Origin: Spirochaetia bacterium
GTDB taxonomy: Bacteria > Spirochaetota > Spirochaetia > SZUA-6 > Bin103
Length of the DNA stretch: 64,000 nucleotides
Assembly (NCBI GenBank): GCA_965198005.1
Contig: CBDAOI010000001.1
Span: forward strand, 1 to 64,000
Direction of reading: 5' to 3'
Of the stretch, positions 30,895-41,434 are shown one piece after another. Position 1 is the first letter of the stretch. The number at the start of each line of letters is the position of its first letter. The position numbers and the translations under genes are program-made. The notes below the pieces were generated by a model. The model ran no database searches. It was not told the origin of the DNA and saw only the letters and a program-made list of their open reading frames with translations.

Positions 30895-31836
30895 ATGGGG
30901 AACATGAGTGACGCTATAGGGGTACCATCAGTAGTGATTGCGCCGAAGAGACGTTCCCGGCTGGCTGATTTCTTTACCAGGCTGGTGAAGGAGAAGCCAC
31001 TGGGTACTACCTGCGGGATTATCATATTGATATTGATTTTTGTCGGTATCTTTGGCGATGTTTTGGCCCCTTATTCACATAGGGAAATAAACCTGGTAGA
31101 CAGGCTGCAGGGCGCGTCAGCCCAGCATCTGCTGGGTACCGACCAGTTGGGGCGAGATTTATTCAGCCGCCTTATCTTCGGGGCTCGTATTTCGTTACTT
31201 GTCGGTCTGACAGTGACCGTGCTCAATGTGGTCATCGCTGTCCTGATCGGCGGCACTTCCGGATTCTTTGGGGGCAAATTAGATCTGGCGGTGCAGCGCT
31301 TTGTCGATGCCTGGATGGCTTTCCCGGGACTGCTGCTCCTGCTGACCATCATGTCCATTGTGGGACAGGGTCTCCTCCAGATCATCGTGGTCCTGGGGAT
31401 CGCCGGAGGCATCGGCGGCTCAAGAATCATGAGAAGCGCCGTGATCGGTATCAAAGAGAATGACTATTTTCTGGCAGCCCAGGCCGTGGGCACCCCCACG
31501 AGCCAAATCCTGATCCGCCATGTCCTGCCCAATATTATGGCACCCGTCATTATTATCTTCTCCATTAACATCGGGGGGGTGATTATGTCTTTGGCTGCTC
31601 TGGGCTTCCTCGGATACGGTCTCCCACCCAGCATTCCTGACTGGGGCGGCATGCTCAGCCGGGAAGGGCGCAAGTACATGGAGCAGGCCCCCTGGGTGGC
31701 ACTCTGGCCAGGGCTGTGCCTGACGATTGTGGTGTACAGTTTCAACATGTTCGGAGATGCCGTCAGGGATCTGCTCGATCCGCGACTGCGGGGTGGCGGC
31801 GGTCGTCTCGCTGGCAGCGGCGCCACGTCGGTTTGA
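30895..31836 (+). CDS. ABC permease OppC/DppC-like
   Basis: Full length. Confidence 0.93.
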   Translation: MGNMSDAIGVPSVVIAPKRRSRLADFFTRLVKEKPLGTTCGIIILILIFVGIFGDVLAPYSHREINLVDRLQGASAQHLLGTDQLGRDLFSRLIFGARISLLVGLTVTVLNVVIAVLIGGTSGFFGGKLDLAVQRFVDAWMAFPGLLLLLTIMSIVGQGLLQIIVVLGIAGGIGGSRIMRSAVIGIKENDYFLAAQAVGTPTSQILIRHVLPNIMAPVIIIFSINIGGVIMSLAALGFLGYGLPPSIPDWGGMLSREGRKYMEQAPWVALWPGLCLTIVVYSFNMFGDAVRDLLDPRLRGGGGRLAGSGATSV

Positions 31837-32088
31837 GAGAGTGCGCGTGCGTTCCGCACCCAGTATCATGCCGGATGCACGGCGACCTCCACCCGTGGCG
31901 CCTCCCTGGCGCCACGGGTGGCATGACTTTGCTATTCCGGAGGCGCGCCCGGAACGCGGCCGACCAGGTCAACCAGCGCCGGGCTGTGCATGGGCGCGAC
32001 CTGGCCGGTCAGCCCGAAGCAGCGCCTGGCATCGGCGATTAGGCTGGAGCGGCTTGGTGGGCTGCCTCACCGCGGTTAGAATGCGGCT

Positions 32089-32331
32089 ATGACCTCTCGT
32101 ACGCAACAGCTTCTCCGCGAAGCCCTGACGCTGCCTGCCGAAGAACGCGCCGATGTGGCTGCCGAATTGCTCGCCAGCCTGGACGAGGCAGAAAGCGACA
32201 TGCAGGATGTCGAGACAGCTTGGGCCGCTGAAATCGAGCGACGCGCCCGGCGGATTCTCTCCGGCCAATCAACTGGGACTCCCTGGGAAGATGTGAGACG
32301 GCGAGTCGAAGACGAGTTGCGTCGGCGGTGA
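32089..32331 (+). CDS. Addiction-module antitoxin
   Basis: AL.LP.EERA..A..LL.SL...AW..EI.RR...PWE.V. Confidence 0.85.
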   Translation: MTSRTQQLLREALTLPAEERADVAAELLASLDEAESDMQDVETAWAAEIERRARRILSGQSTGTPWEDVRRRVEDELRRR

Positions 32332-32645
32332 CCCGCGCCATCCGGTTTGAAGACGAGGCAGAACAGGAATACCGCGCTGCCGCCCGCTGGTACGACGACC
32401 AGCGAGCCGGATTGGGCAGCGAATTCCTCGACACTGTGGACGCCACCCTGGCCCATATCGTTCGCTTCCCACGTGCAGGTGTGTTCGTGCCTCGCGTGCC
32501 CGCCGAACTGCGTGTGCGGCGCGCACCTGTCAAGCGCTTCCCGTACCATATCGTCTACATCAACCTCAAGACCGAAGCCACGATCCGAGTGCTCGCTGTC
32601 GCCCACGATCGTCGCAAGCCTGGTTACTGGAAAAGCCGGCTGTAA
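32328..32645 (+). CDS. RelE/ParE toxin
   Basis: WY....GLG.EF, RFPY.IVY, LAVAH.RRKPGYW; GTGA overlap with antitoxin. Confidence 0.88.
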   Translation: MTRAIRFEDEAEQEYRAAARWYDDQRAGLGSEFLDTVDATLAHIVRFPRAGVFVPRVPAELRVRRAPVKRFPYHIVYINLKTEATIRVLAVAHDRRKPGYWKSRL

Positions 32646-33304
32646 TCGCGAACACCGGTGTGGTGCACACGCGCTGGTCCGGGCGGATCTACTGATCGGT
32701 TGGCCGTCTCATGTATGAGGCGGTGCGCCAGGAGGATGTCAACCTGGTGCTGGCCAACATCATGTTCATCTACTCGAACGGGTCGGCCCCAGCGCTCGAT
32801 CATTCCGGCGCTTCCACCCTTCAGCTTCGCCACCGCCGCACCCACCCGGCACCTCCCGCGGTCTCACACCGGATGAACAGCGACCTCCACCCGTGGCGCC
32901 ATCCCTGCCGCCACGGCTGGCATGTAGCTCCCGGCCCGCGACAGGGACGTCGTGGGCTGGGAGCCCGTCGGCTATTCTCGATCCACTGCGCGAGTCAGAG
33001 CTGCACCGGCTGTTTACAGTACCTTCGCAGTTCGGGAGTAACATCCGCGTCCTATTCCGGAGGCGCGCCCGGAACGCGCCCGACCAGGTCAACCAGCGCC
33101 GGGCTGTGTATGGGCGTGACCTGGCCGAGCAGCTCGAAGCAGCGCCAGGGCACCGCGGCACCGCAGACCGAGTCGGCGGAGTGCACAGGTAACTCATCAC
33201 ACGACTGACGCGTCGTCCGTTCGTGGGCCCCGTCCATGGGGCCCAACACAGGCGTTCCCGCGCCATGGAGGGCGCGGGCGATTGGGCGCGTCCGGAGCCG
33301 CGCC

Positions 33305-33605
33305 GGAACTCGCTTAACTGCGGCTCGGAAGTGATCAGCGTGAACCGTCGCTTGCGCCACAGCTGGTACAGTTGGTCTGGGGGTGTGTCCCGTGTGATCA
33401 GAGCGGCAACGAGGATTCCGGTGTCGAGCACAACACGCACGCCTCACGCTCGGAGAGCCTCCTCGACGGCCTGCATGACAGCATCGGTTTGTCCCGCGTT
33501 TCGCTCTTTGACTTCTGCGACGGTCAGATCGAACAGCTTTTCTCTCACGGCGTCCTCAACAAACTGCGAGAGATGCCCTTTCTTCAGTCCCCGACTCGCA
33601 AGGAC
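33305..33605 (-). pseudogene. Partial inverted copy of the RHH/PIN pair at 47640-48275
   Basis: Near-identical sequence to 47700-48005. Confidence 0.85.
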
Positions 33606-33868
33606 CGTTGCCATTCGATTCACGCTCCATGCGAGTGGCCTCGTAGCCATAACGGCCCAACGCTACTCTTGTTATAGAATATCTGCGGTAACTACTCAGG
33701 AGCTTCCCACCGGGCGGGGCCCGGCGTGGTCATGCAAGAAACTGTTGTTTCTTAGGAGGACCTGTGACAGGTGCGAAGGTGGTTCGGTATTCTACCTGTC
33801 TGCGCGCGCTCACAATTGTGCATCCAGGCTGAGCTGGTCTGACTGGTACTTTGAGGGGGAGTGGTCGG

Positions 33869-35375
33869 TCAGGAAGTGTCGGGGGTCGGTACGAACGGCT
33901 GACCGTTGAAGACGCGGGTCAAGGCGTCGAAGGCGCCGACCGCGTTCTTGCGGGCGGTCGAGATGTACGAGCGGATCCGGCAGAAGGCGTTGGCGCCTTC
34001 GTCGGTGCGGAACGTGCCGGAGATTTTCTGCTGCACCTTCATCATGCGAATGTCGCCTTCAGCCAGATTGTTGGTGAATGGGACATTGAGGTCGTACATG
34101 AAAGCCAGGACTTCCTGACGGTGCTGGTCGAGCCGTTCGAGCAGGTTCCTGGGCTTGGTCTTTTTTCTTCTTCCGCGCTTCTTGTTTGCGCCTGCAGGTA
34201 GTGGTGGCAACGGGTTTTGAGCATACCCTTGATCGAGGTACCTGTTGATAGCGGGCTTCAAATGCCTCGATTTGCTGTGCAGAGAGACAGTCGGTGGCTG
34301 GTGCGGTCCGCTCGATCGTGCCCTTGATATCCAGCAGGCAGTCGATCATGCTCGCAGCCCATGGCTGGTGGTATCGCTCGTGCACAAAGATCAACTCGCG
34401 CAGATGGTGAGAGTTGCACAACCCATGCCGGCATAAGTAGCGGTAGTAGGGTTTCCAGAAGTCGTGAATGGCCCGTCCGACGAAGTGGGGCAGGATGTCG
34501 ATGGCATCGAGGGCTTCGCAGCCGCGGCTGCGATGGATGTGGTAATAGGTGGCGTTGACCGTCGAGGAGGTATGCAGCCACCACAGGGTGCTTTTCACCC
34601 GTGAGCCGGTCTCATCGAAGTGCGCGACCGGGGCCTGTGCGATCTGCTGTTTGATGAGTGCCACGGGATCTTCCAGCCGTTGGTGGCAGTCGGCGACGAT
34701 GTTGGCCAGAGTCCCTTCACTCATCGGGCAGCCGAACAGATCGTCCAACAGCTCGCAGGTGCGCTCGTAGGGCAGGAACTGATAGTTGTTCAGATACACT
34801 GCCGCAGCCCGGATGCGTGGACCGTATTGGACCGGGGCGCCCACCCCTTCGGGGAACGCCGCCCGGTTCAGGTGACCGCACGGGCACAGCTTGATTTCGG
34901 CCTGATGCTCGGTGACTAGCAGCCGCAGCGGAGGCAGGTCGTGGACTTGTCGGTGCTCGACGCGGTCGGGCTCGTGCTCCGCCAGCGAGCGCTGGCAAGC
35001 CGCGCATTCCTGCACCCGGTGGACCGTGGTGTGATCGGGCTCGTCGACCGGCTTGAGCGTATGTCCCTTATGTCCGGGCTGACCGCCGGACTTGCGCTGG
35101 CCTTGCTTGCGCTGGCTTTTGGGCTTGGGTTTATTCAAGCCATCGGAAGATGGTGGTTTGCTGCTGTTGCGCGAGTTCTTGGCCAGTTGATCTTCCAGCT
35201 CCTTCACCCGCTGTTCGCTGACCTCCAGGCGCCCGCTCAGCTGCTGCACCTGCTGCACCAGCTCCTTCACCTGCTGCACCAGAGCGTGGCTGCGGGCGCT
35301 CAGCTCCTGCACCACACGCACCACGGTATCCAGCCCGGCATGGAACATCGCCACTGCCTGTGCGCGGCTCAGCAT
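33869..35375 (-). CDS. IS66 transposase, frameshift near 34245
   Basis: KNSRNSSKPPSSD, GGQPGHKG, zinc finger, HFDETG, HLREL, PFTNN.AE.DIR..KV.QKISG. Confidence 0.92.
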
Positions 35376-36253
35376 GCGCACAACTCCCGGCGAAAGTCCT
35401 TGATCAGGGGATACAGGTAGACCGCCTTGACCGCAGCCTGGATACGATTCTCGCGGTCGTTGCGGGTGCGTCCCCGGGTTTCTCCGAGCCGCACCCAGTT
35501 GGCAGCGCGATAGCAGGTCCCGCGGAAGCGGCGCTCCACAAAGGTTTCCAGCGCATGCACCGGATGTCCATACTTCGCTTGCCAGTCGGCGCCAATGCGC
35601 CGCGCGATGAGGCCCAGCAGGTGGCTGGCCAGATGCGGCACCGTGACCCAGGGCAACACCAGAAAGCGCGTGTTGTTGGTCAACAACCCCAGGTTCCGCT
35701 GCCGTGCACTGCGCTCCCAACCGATCCAGAGGTCGCGCGCGGCGCAGGTCCACGCCGCCGAACCGAACAGCACGCAACCCAGCGCCCGGCCGCGGCGGTC
35801 GCGCGCCAGATAGCGGAGGTTCTCACCCACCGTGTTGCGGTGGCCCAGATAGTGGTAGCGATCAAGCAGGCAGTTGAACAGTCCCAGCTCGTGCGAACCG
35901 GCCCCCACCACGCTCACCCGCAGCGGCCGCAGGTCGCGCAGCGCGCCACCGATCGGGTCGGTAGCATGCGCCACCGAAGCCACGTGGCGGTTGCGCAACT
36001 CGTTGGTGGACGGCCCTCGGCGTTTCGGCAGTCGGATCAGATCGGCCCGCTCCAGCTTCAGCAGCAGCGTGCGGCAGGCCATGTCTTTCATCCTGCCCTG
36101 CGCGTTGCGCCAGTCCCAGCGGCGGCACAACTCCTCGCTGAGCCGTCTTCTACTCCACGGCGGATGGTCGCTCAGAAGACCTCGAATCAGCTCGAGATCC
36201 GCGGTGTGCAACTCCCGTCCCTGGATCACCATGACGTCGGTCGTGGGGGTCAT
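35369..36253 (-). CDS. DUF4338 / DruA-like protein
   Basis: R..LS..LC..WDW, YHYLG, NN.RFL.LPWV....LAS, DW...YG....LETFV, GTCYRAANW..LG.T.GR. Confidence 0.85.
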   Translation of the reverse strand: MTPTTDVMVIQGRELHTADLELIRGLLSDHPPWSRRRLSEELCRRWDWRNAQGRMKDMACRTLLLKLERADLIRLPKRRGPSTNELRNRHVASVAHATDPIGGALRDLRPLRVSVVGAGSHELGLFNCLLDRYHYLGHRNTVGENLRYLARDRRGRALGCVLFGSAAWTCAARDLWIGWERSARQRNLGLLTNNTRFLVLPWVTVPHLASHLLGLIARRIGADWQAKYGHPVHALETFVERRFRGTCYRAANWVRLGETRGRTRNDRENRIQAAVKAVYLYPLIKDFRRELCAC

Positions 36254-36398
36254 CGGTCATACCGTACCACCTCCGCGAACAGGAGTCCAGTGAAAATCCT
36301 GATCTTTCTTGGTTTTCTCGGGAGGAGGGGATCACCCCCAGTCGGCAGCTATATAGTAATATCTGCGAAAGGAACGTTGGCTGGAAAAGTAATCGGTG

Positions 36399-36950
36399 TC
36401 AATTGCCAAATTGGGGGCTGGCGACAGCGTCCGGCACCAAACCCTGCAGCCGTTCGCCGACCCGTAGCGCGACGTGGCGGCCGGGGCGGCCCGCTGCTTC
36501 GTGGGCGCCGGTCTGAAACACGATCCGGATCTTCCCGCCCAGCGCCTCGGCATAGGCGTGCAGCGTCGACAGCCGGACGTCGCTGCGCCGCTCCAACTTG
36601 GAAAGATCGGACTGCGAAATCTGCATCCGCCGCGCCAACTCGACCTGGGTGAGGCCGTGCGCGTGCCGGAGGGCGGCCAGCCCCACGCCTGCCGGCAACG
36701 CGCCGCCCTCGGTGCGGCATCGACACCGGTCGATCCACCCGCGCCACAGCGCAGAGGTCCCGTACATAGGGTACGCGTCGATCAGCCGCAGCACGGTGTC
36801 GGAAAATGCACCCCGGGGATCACGCAGAATCGCGCGTGCGATGGGGCCCCAATCGTCCAGGTCTCCCCGCTGCAGCAGGTCGACCACGACCGCGAGCGGT
36901 TGGCTTTCCAGCGGCGTATCGGGAGAGGCGTGAACGTGGCGGTGGATCAT
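36399..36950 (-). CDS. XRE-family HTH protein
   Basis: LTQVELA..M.ISQ..LSKLERRSD..LSTL..YAEALGG. Confidence 0.75.
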   Translation of the reverse strand: MIHRHVHASPDTPLESQPLAVVVDLLQRGDLDDWGPIARAILRDPRGAFSDTVLRLIDAYPMYGTSALWRGWIDRCRCRTEGGALPAGVGLAALRHAHGLTQVELARRMQISQSDLSKLERRSDVRLSTLHAYAEALGGKIRIVFQTGAHEAAGRPGRHVALRVGERLQGLVPDAVASPQFGN

Positions 36951-37049
36951 GGCGGCCCCTCCACCAGTTCGTCCAACACCCGCACGGCGACCCGGCGGCA
37001 CGCATCGACCACCGTCTGCCAGTCGTGCCAGCGGCGATCCAGCCGGCGG

Positions 37050-37228
37050 TACTTGACCTTGCCGTCCTGGCGGAAGGTTCGGCGCAGCAGATGGGTGCGG
37101 TAGGTTTGGTTGTTGTGGTGGCGGGTAGTGGTGGCTACGTGGACAGCGCCGTTTCTGGGTGACACGGGGCAAATATGGACATGGAAGGCTAGGGAAGTCA
37201 ACAGAAATCGAAAGTATTAGTGGCTACC
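37050..37228 (-). mobile_element. IS1634-like left end and transposase stub
   Basis: VHVATT.R.....Y..HLLRR.FR.DGKVK. Confidence 0.6.
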
Positions 37229-37301
37229 AGGCGGCGCGACCAGGGACTTCGTGGATTTGTGCAGTGACCGGTTAGCGGTGACGTCGGTGACGTCCGAGCG
37301 G

Positions 37302-37331
37302 TTGACAGGTTTGCCGCGCACGTGCGAGACT
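37302..37331 (+). promoter_or_regulatory. Putative promoter of ABC cluster 4
   Basis: GAGCGG-TTGACA-N18-GAGACT. Confidence 0.55.
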
Positions 37332-37355
37332 TCCACGACAACGGCCAGCACACGA

Positions 37356-37511
37356 GGAGGTGCAAGATGATACTCAAGGGACCGCACGCGCGCGCGGCGT
37401 GAACCCGCCTGAGTCACACGCCGCGCGCTTTACAGATTTGACTCGGTCTGGCCGCCTGCGTTGCGGGCGCGAGAGTAGCCAGGGAGCGGCAATTCGCTCC
37501 GCAATACTCTC
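37356..37511 (+). ncRNA. Leader copy C: uORF MILKGPHARAA (37367-37402) plus structured RNA
   Basis: SD GGAGGTG; same stems as copies A and B. Confidence 0.75.
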
Positions 37512-37535
37512 AAGAATCAACATACGGAGTTACGT

Positions 37536-39341
37536 ATGAATATTGTACACATTACCAGGACCTTCGCGGTTGCGTTGGTCCTCGTCCTGACCGCGACCGG
37601 CCTCTGGGCCACGGGAGAAACCGAATCCGCAGCCGCCGAGGCTGAAATGGTGACCGTAGAGCTTATGCGCGCGGATGGAACCATGATGACCAAGGAAGTA
37701 GAGAAGCCTCGATACGGTGGAATGTACACCGAGAGCATCGAGTTGGCGCTTCCGGCAGAGTCCTCCTGGGTAACGGGTGACCCGTCCCATACGACCTGGG
37801 CCCTCCAGGTTACCAATGAGCGGCTCCTCCAGGTCGACTGGGCGCGCGGAGCTTCCGGCACCGGAGACTATGGAGTGTTCCTGGCGCCCACCCCCGACAA
37901 GAAAACGGGAGCGCTCGTCGAGAGCTGGGAACAACCCAGTCTGACCCGCATCATTCTTCACGTGCGTCCGGGAGTCCCGTTCTGGGAGCGGAGTGACGTG
38001 GCGCGGCCCAACGATGCGCTGGAGTCGGCCTACGGTCGCCACGTCGATGCCCACGACCTCGTATTCTCCTGGGGCCAGTACTTCATCAAGACCCTCGGTT
38101 ACCACTGGACGGCCGTCGATGACATGACCGTGGAGATAACGCTGGACGAACCGGACGCGACCCAGGCTCAGTTCTTCTTCGCCCAGTTCGCCGCCGTGGT
38201 GCCGCGGGAAACCGAGGGCCTCAACATGGCCGATTGGCGGAACACGCTCGGCACGGGAGCGTTCATACCGACGGAACTGACCCCCGGTAGTGTGGTAACC
38301 TTCAAGAAAAATGAGAACTACTGGCAAACGGATCACATTCATCCTGAGAACCAGCTTCCCTACCTGGACGGGATGAGAATCGTGTCGTTTGAGGATGAGG
38401 CAGGGGTCATAGCGGCGCTACGCGCCGGCAGGCTCGACCGAACGGCGGGTCTGGGAATCGCCACCAGGTGGCAGGAGAGCCTCGAGGAGACCAATCCCGA
38501 GATCCTGTCGGGTCCGGCCATCATCAATCAAAGGGTGTTCAACGTGCGCCTGGACATCGAAGGCAGCCCCTGGCAGAACCTCCTCGTTCGCCAGGCTGCT
38601 CACCTCGCCATTCCTCACGCTGAGATACGCGACGAGTTCTACCAGGGCAATGCTCTGCTCTTCGGCTGGCCCAACTTCCCGCACCACGCTCCGTTGTACG
38701 TTCCGTTTGAAGAGCTGCCCACCAGTCCGCAAATACCCGGCTCAGGGGCCAGCGCCCGGGAGCTGTTCGAATTCCATCCCGACAAGGCCCGGGAGCTTCT
38801 TGCTCAAGCCGGCTATCCCGACGGGTTCACCTTCGAATTGCTCACTCAGCCGACAGATGCGGAATGGGCCGAGCTCTACGCCGGCTACTGGGACGACGTG
38901 GGAATCAACGCCGAGTTCAACGTGGTGGAGTCCACGGTCTTTTCGTCGAGCATCGCCGCGGGCGAGCATCAGTCGATGATCGCCACGAGCTGGGGTAACT
39001 GGGCGGATCCCTACTCGGTAATGCAGCAGTACTACGACCCAGGCAATCCGTCCAACTACTCCCGCGGTACTGACGAACGCGTCACCGATGCCTACCGCCA
39101 GATCACGCAAACCCTGGACCAGGACGAGTTGATAAGGCAGTTCCAGGAGACCGCGGTCTACATCATAGAGAATGCCGTTGTGATCGCCGGCGTTCCCGAG
39201 GCTAACTTGCAGTTCTGGCAGCCGTGGGTAAAGGGTTACAGCGGCGAGCTGATCGGCGCCGGTATTCAGGGCTGGCACGACGTCGCCAAGCACGTCTGGG
39301 TCGACCAAGACCTGAGGGAGCAGATTACCGGCAGCCGCTGA
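37536..39341 (+). CDS. ABC substrate-binding protein, family 5 (divergent)
   Basis: Same signal peptide; LVESW, LGTGAF, KARELLAQAGYPDG. Confidence 0.92.
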   Translation: MNIVHITRTFAVALVLVLTATGLWATGETESAAAEAEMVTVELMRADGTMMTKEVEKPRYGGMYTESIELALPAESSWVTGDPSHTTWALQVTNERLLQVDWARGASGTGDYGVFLAPTPDKKTGALVESWEQPSLTRIILHVRPGVPFWERSDVARPNDALESAYGRHVDAHDLVFSWGQYFIKTLGYHWTAVDDMTVEITLDEPDATQAQFFFAQFAAVVPRETEGLNMADWRNTLGTGAFIPTELTPGSVVTFKKNENYWQTDHIHPENQLPYLDGMRIVSFEDEAGVIAALRAGRLDRTAGLGIATRWQESLEETNPEILSGPAIINQRVFNVRLDIEGSPWQNLLVRQAAHLAIPHAEIRDEFYQGNALLFGWPNFPHHAPLYVPFEELPTSPQIPGSGASARELFEFHPDKARELLAQAGYPDGFTFELLTQPTDAEWAELYAGYWDDVGINAEFNVVESTVFSSSIAAGEHQSMIATSWGNWADPYSVMQQYYDPGNPSNYSRGTDERVTDAYRQITQTLDQDELIRQFQETAVYIIENAVVIAGVPEANLQFWQPWVKGYSGELIGAGIQGWHDVAKHVWVDQDLREQITGSR

Positions 39342-39494
39342 TGAGGCGGCGAGCGTAGGGTTTTTATGGCGCAGGGGTGGCGTTCGCGCTGGGCGAAACG
39401 CGGAACGGCCCCTGTGCTTCATCCACGGCGTCTCCTCGAGTGTGAGCGCAGCGATGGGGTCGTTGTGGCGCGCGGAGAGCAGCGGTAGGGTTCA

Positions 39495-40454
39495 GTGCGT
39501 GCCTATATCATCAGAAGACTGCTGCTGACCATTCCCACCATCCTCATCGTGAGCACCATAGTCTTCCTCGGCATTCGCCTCATCCCGGGCGACGTCGTCG
39601 ACTACATGGCCACGATGATCTACCAGTACGGCACCGGAGCGGGCGACCCTCGGGAGGCAATCCGGCAGAATCTGGGGCTGGACGTGCCACTTCACGTCCA
39701 GTTTGGCCGGTGGCTGGTGGGCATCGCAAAGGGTGACCTGGGGGTGTCTCTGTGGACATCCACATCGGTAGCCGAGGGCATACTGATCAGACTCCCCGTG
39801 TCCCTGGAGGTTGGCTCCCTGGCCATACTCATTTCGTTGATGATTGCCGTCCCGGTCGGGATCTACTCTGGGATGCGGCCGGAAACGGCGGGCGACTACG
39901 TATTGCGCAGCTTCGCGATACTGGCTATCGCCGTTCCCAGTTTCTGGCTGGGGACCATGGTCATGATCTATCCGGCAATCTGGTGGAAATGGTCGCCCCC
40001 CATGTTCTACGTACGGTTCTTCGCCGACCCGGTCGACAATCTCAACATCGTCATCGTGCCCGCGATCCTGCAAGGTCTGTGGCTTTCGGGCATCACCATG
40101 AGATTCACCCGCACCATGATGCTCGAGGTGCTGCGGCAGGACTACATCCGGACTTCCTGGGCGAAGGGTCTTTCGGAGAAGGTGGTCGTCATAAGGCATG
40201 TCCTCAAAAACACGCTCATCCCGTTGATAACGATGATCGGACTGCAGCTGCCGGTATTGATCGGCGGGGCGGTGGTTGTGGAGCAGATTTTCGGTCTCCC
40301 GGGGCTCGGTTCTCACCTGGTGAGGGCGCTCGAGAAGCGAGACTACCCGATTGTCTCCGGAATCAATCTGCTCATGGCAGGCTTTGTGTTGGTGGTCAAC
40401 GTGATAATAGATATCAGCTACGCTTGGCTCGACCCCCGCATCAGGTACCGCTAA
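39495..40454 (+). CDS. ABC permease OppB/DppB-like
   Basis: Full length. Confidence 0.93.
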   Translation: MRAYIIRRLLLTIPTILIVSTIVFLGIRLIPGDVVDYMATMIYQYGTGAGDPREAIRQNLGLDVPLHVQFGRWLVGIAKGDLGVSLWTSTSVAEGILIRLPVSLEVGSLAILISLMIAVPVGIYSGMRPETAGDYVLRSFAILAIAVPSFWLGTMVMIYPAIWWKWSPPMFYVRFFADPVDNLNIVIVPAILQGLWLSGITMRFTRTMMLEVLRQDYIRTSWAKGLSEKVVVIRHVLKNTLIPLITMIGLQLPVLIGGAVVVEQIFGLPGLGSHLVRALEKRDYPIVSGINLLMAGFVLVVNVIIDISYAWLDPRIRYR

Positions 40455-40477
40455 AGCACGCGCGCACGGAAGCGAGC

Positions 40478-41428
40478 ATGTCGACTACGGAACAACCACC
40501 GAGCACGGCCACAACGATCACCCGGGGATCAGTACGGGATTTCTTCAGGCGGCTGTTCCGGGAGCGCAAGTTGGGTGCCGCGAGCCTGATCGTCCTCTTG
40601 ACGTTTCTGTTGGTAGGCATCTTCGCCGAGTTCCTCGCACCACACGGAATGCTCGACCACAACGTCAGCCGGCGTCTGGAGGGGCCATCCGTCGAGTTCC
40701 CCCTCGGGACCGACCAATTCGGGCGCGATCAGCTGAGCCGCATCATCTTCGGCGCTCGTATCTCGATGATCGTCGGGGTTGCTGCCAGCGCGCTCTCGGT
40801 TGTCGTTGCGACCATTCTCGGCCTGATCTCGGGCTACCTGGGCGGCCGGTTCGATCTGATCATGCAGCGGTTCGTCGACGCTGTGCAGAGCTTCCCGTGG
40901 CTGTTCCTGGTGCTGACCATCATGTCGATCCTGGGGCCGGGTATTCTTCAGGTAATCATCGTCCTGGGGGTCCCGTGGGGGATCGTCAACATACGCACCG
41001 TCCGGAGCGTCGTGTTGAGCGTCAAGGAGAACGCGTACGTCGAGGCGGCGCGGGCCATCGGGTCGCGCGCCGGGAGAATACTCTGGCAGCACATTGCGCC
41101 GCAGATCGTGGCGCCGATAATCGTTCTCTTTACCGTCTCCCTCGGCGGGAACATCATCGGCGAGGCAACCGTGAGCTTTCTCGGCTTCGGGATCCCACCT
41201 CCCACGCCGAGTTGGGGCGGTATGCTCAGCCTGGAGGGACGCAAGTACATGCTGCAGGCTCCTGGGCTGGCGTTCTGGCCCGGTCTGTGCCTCGCCGCGG
41301 TGGTGTACGCGATCAACATGTTCGGCGACGCGATGCGCGACCTGCTCGATCCACGGCTGCGGGGTGGTATCGGGCGCTTTGGCATGGCGAAGAACAAGCG
41401 TAGGGTTGGTTCGGCAACAGGAGGTTAA
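40478..41428 (+). CDS. ABC permease OppC/DppC-like
   Basis: PLGTDQFGRD; full length. Confidence 0.93.
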   Translation: MSTTEQPPSTATTITRGSVRDFFRRLFRERKLGAASLIVLLTFLLVGIFAEFLAPHGMLDHNVSRRLEGPSVEFPLGTDQFGRDQLSRIIFGARISMIVGVAASALSVVVATILGLISGYLGGRFDLIMQRFVDAVQSFPWLFLVLTIMSILGPGILQVIIVLGVPWGIVNIRTVRSVVLSVKENAYVEAARAIGSRAGRILWQHIAPQIVAPIIVLFTVSLGGNIIGEATVSFLGFGIPPPTPSWGGMLSLEGRKYMLQAPGLAFWPGLCLAAVVYAINMFGDAMRDLLDPRLRGGIGRFGMAKNKRRVGSATGG

Positions 41429-41434
41429 TTGACA

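Larger units (their letters stand above)
33688..36359 (-). mobile_element. IS66-family element carrying a DUF4338 gene
   Basis: GTAACTACTCAG end at 33688; direct repeat TATCTGCG at 33680-33687 and 36360-36367. Confidence 0.75.

Noticed and set aside
35369-36253. Complete Druantia defence system
   Set aside because: No DruE helicase or other Dru genes nearby
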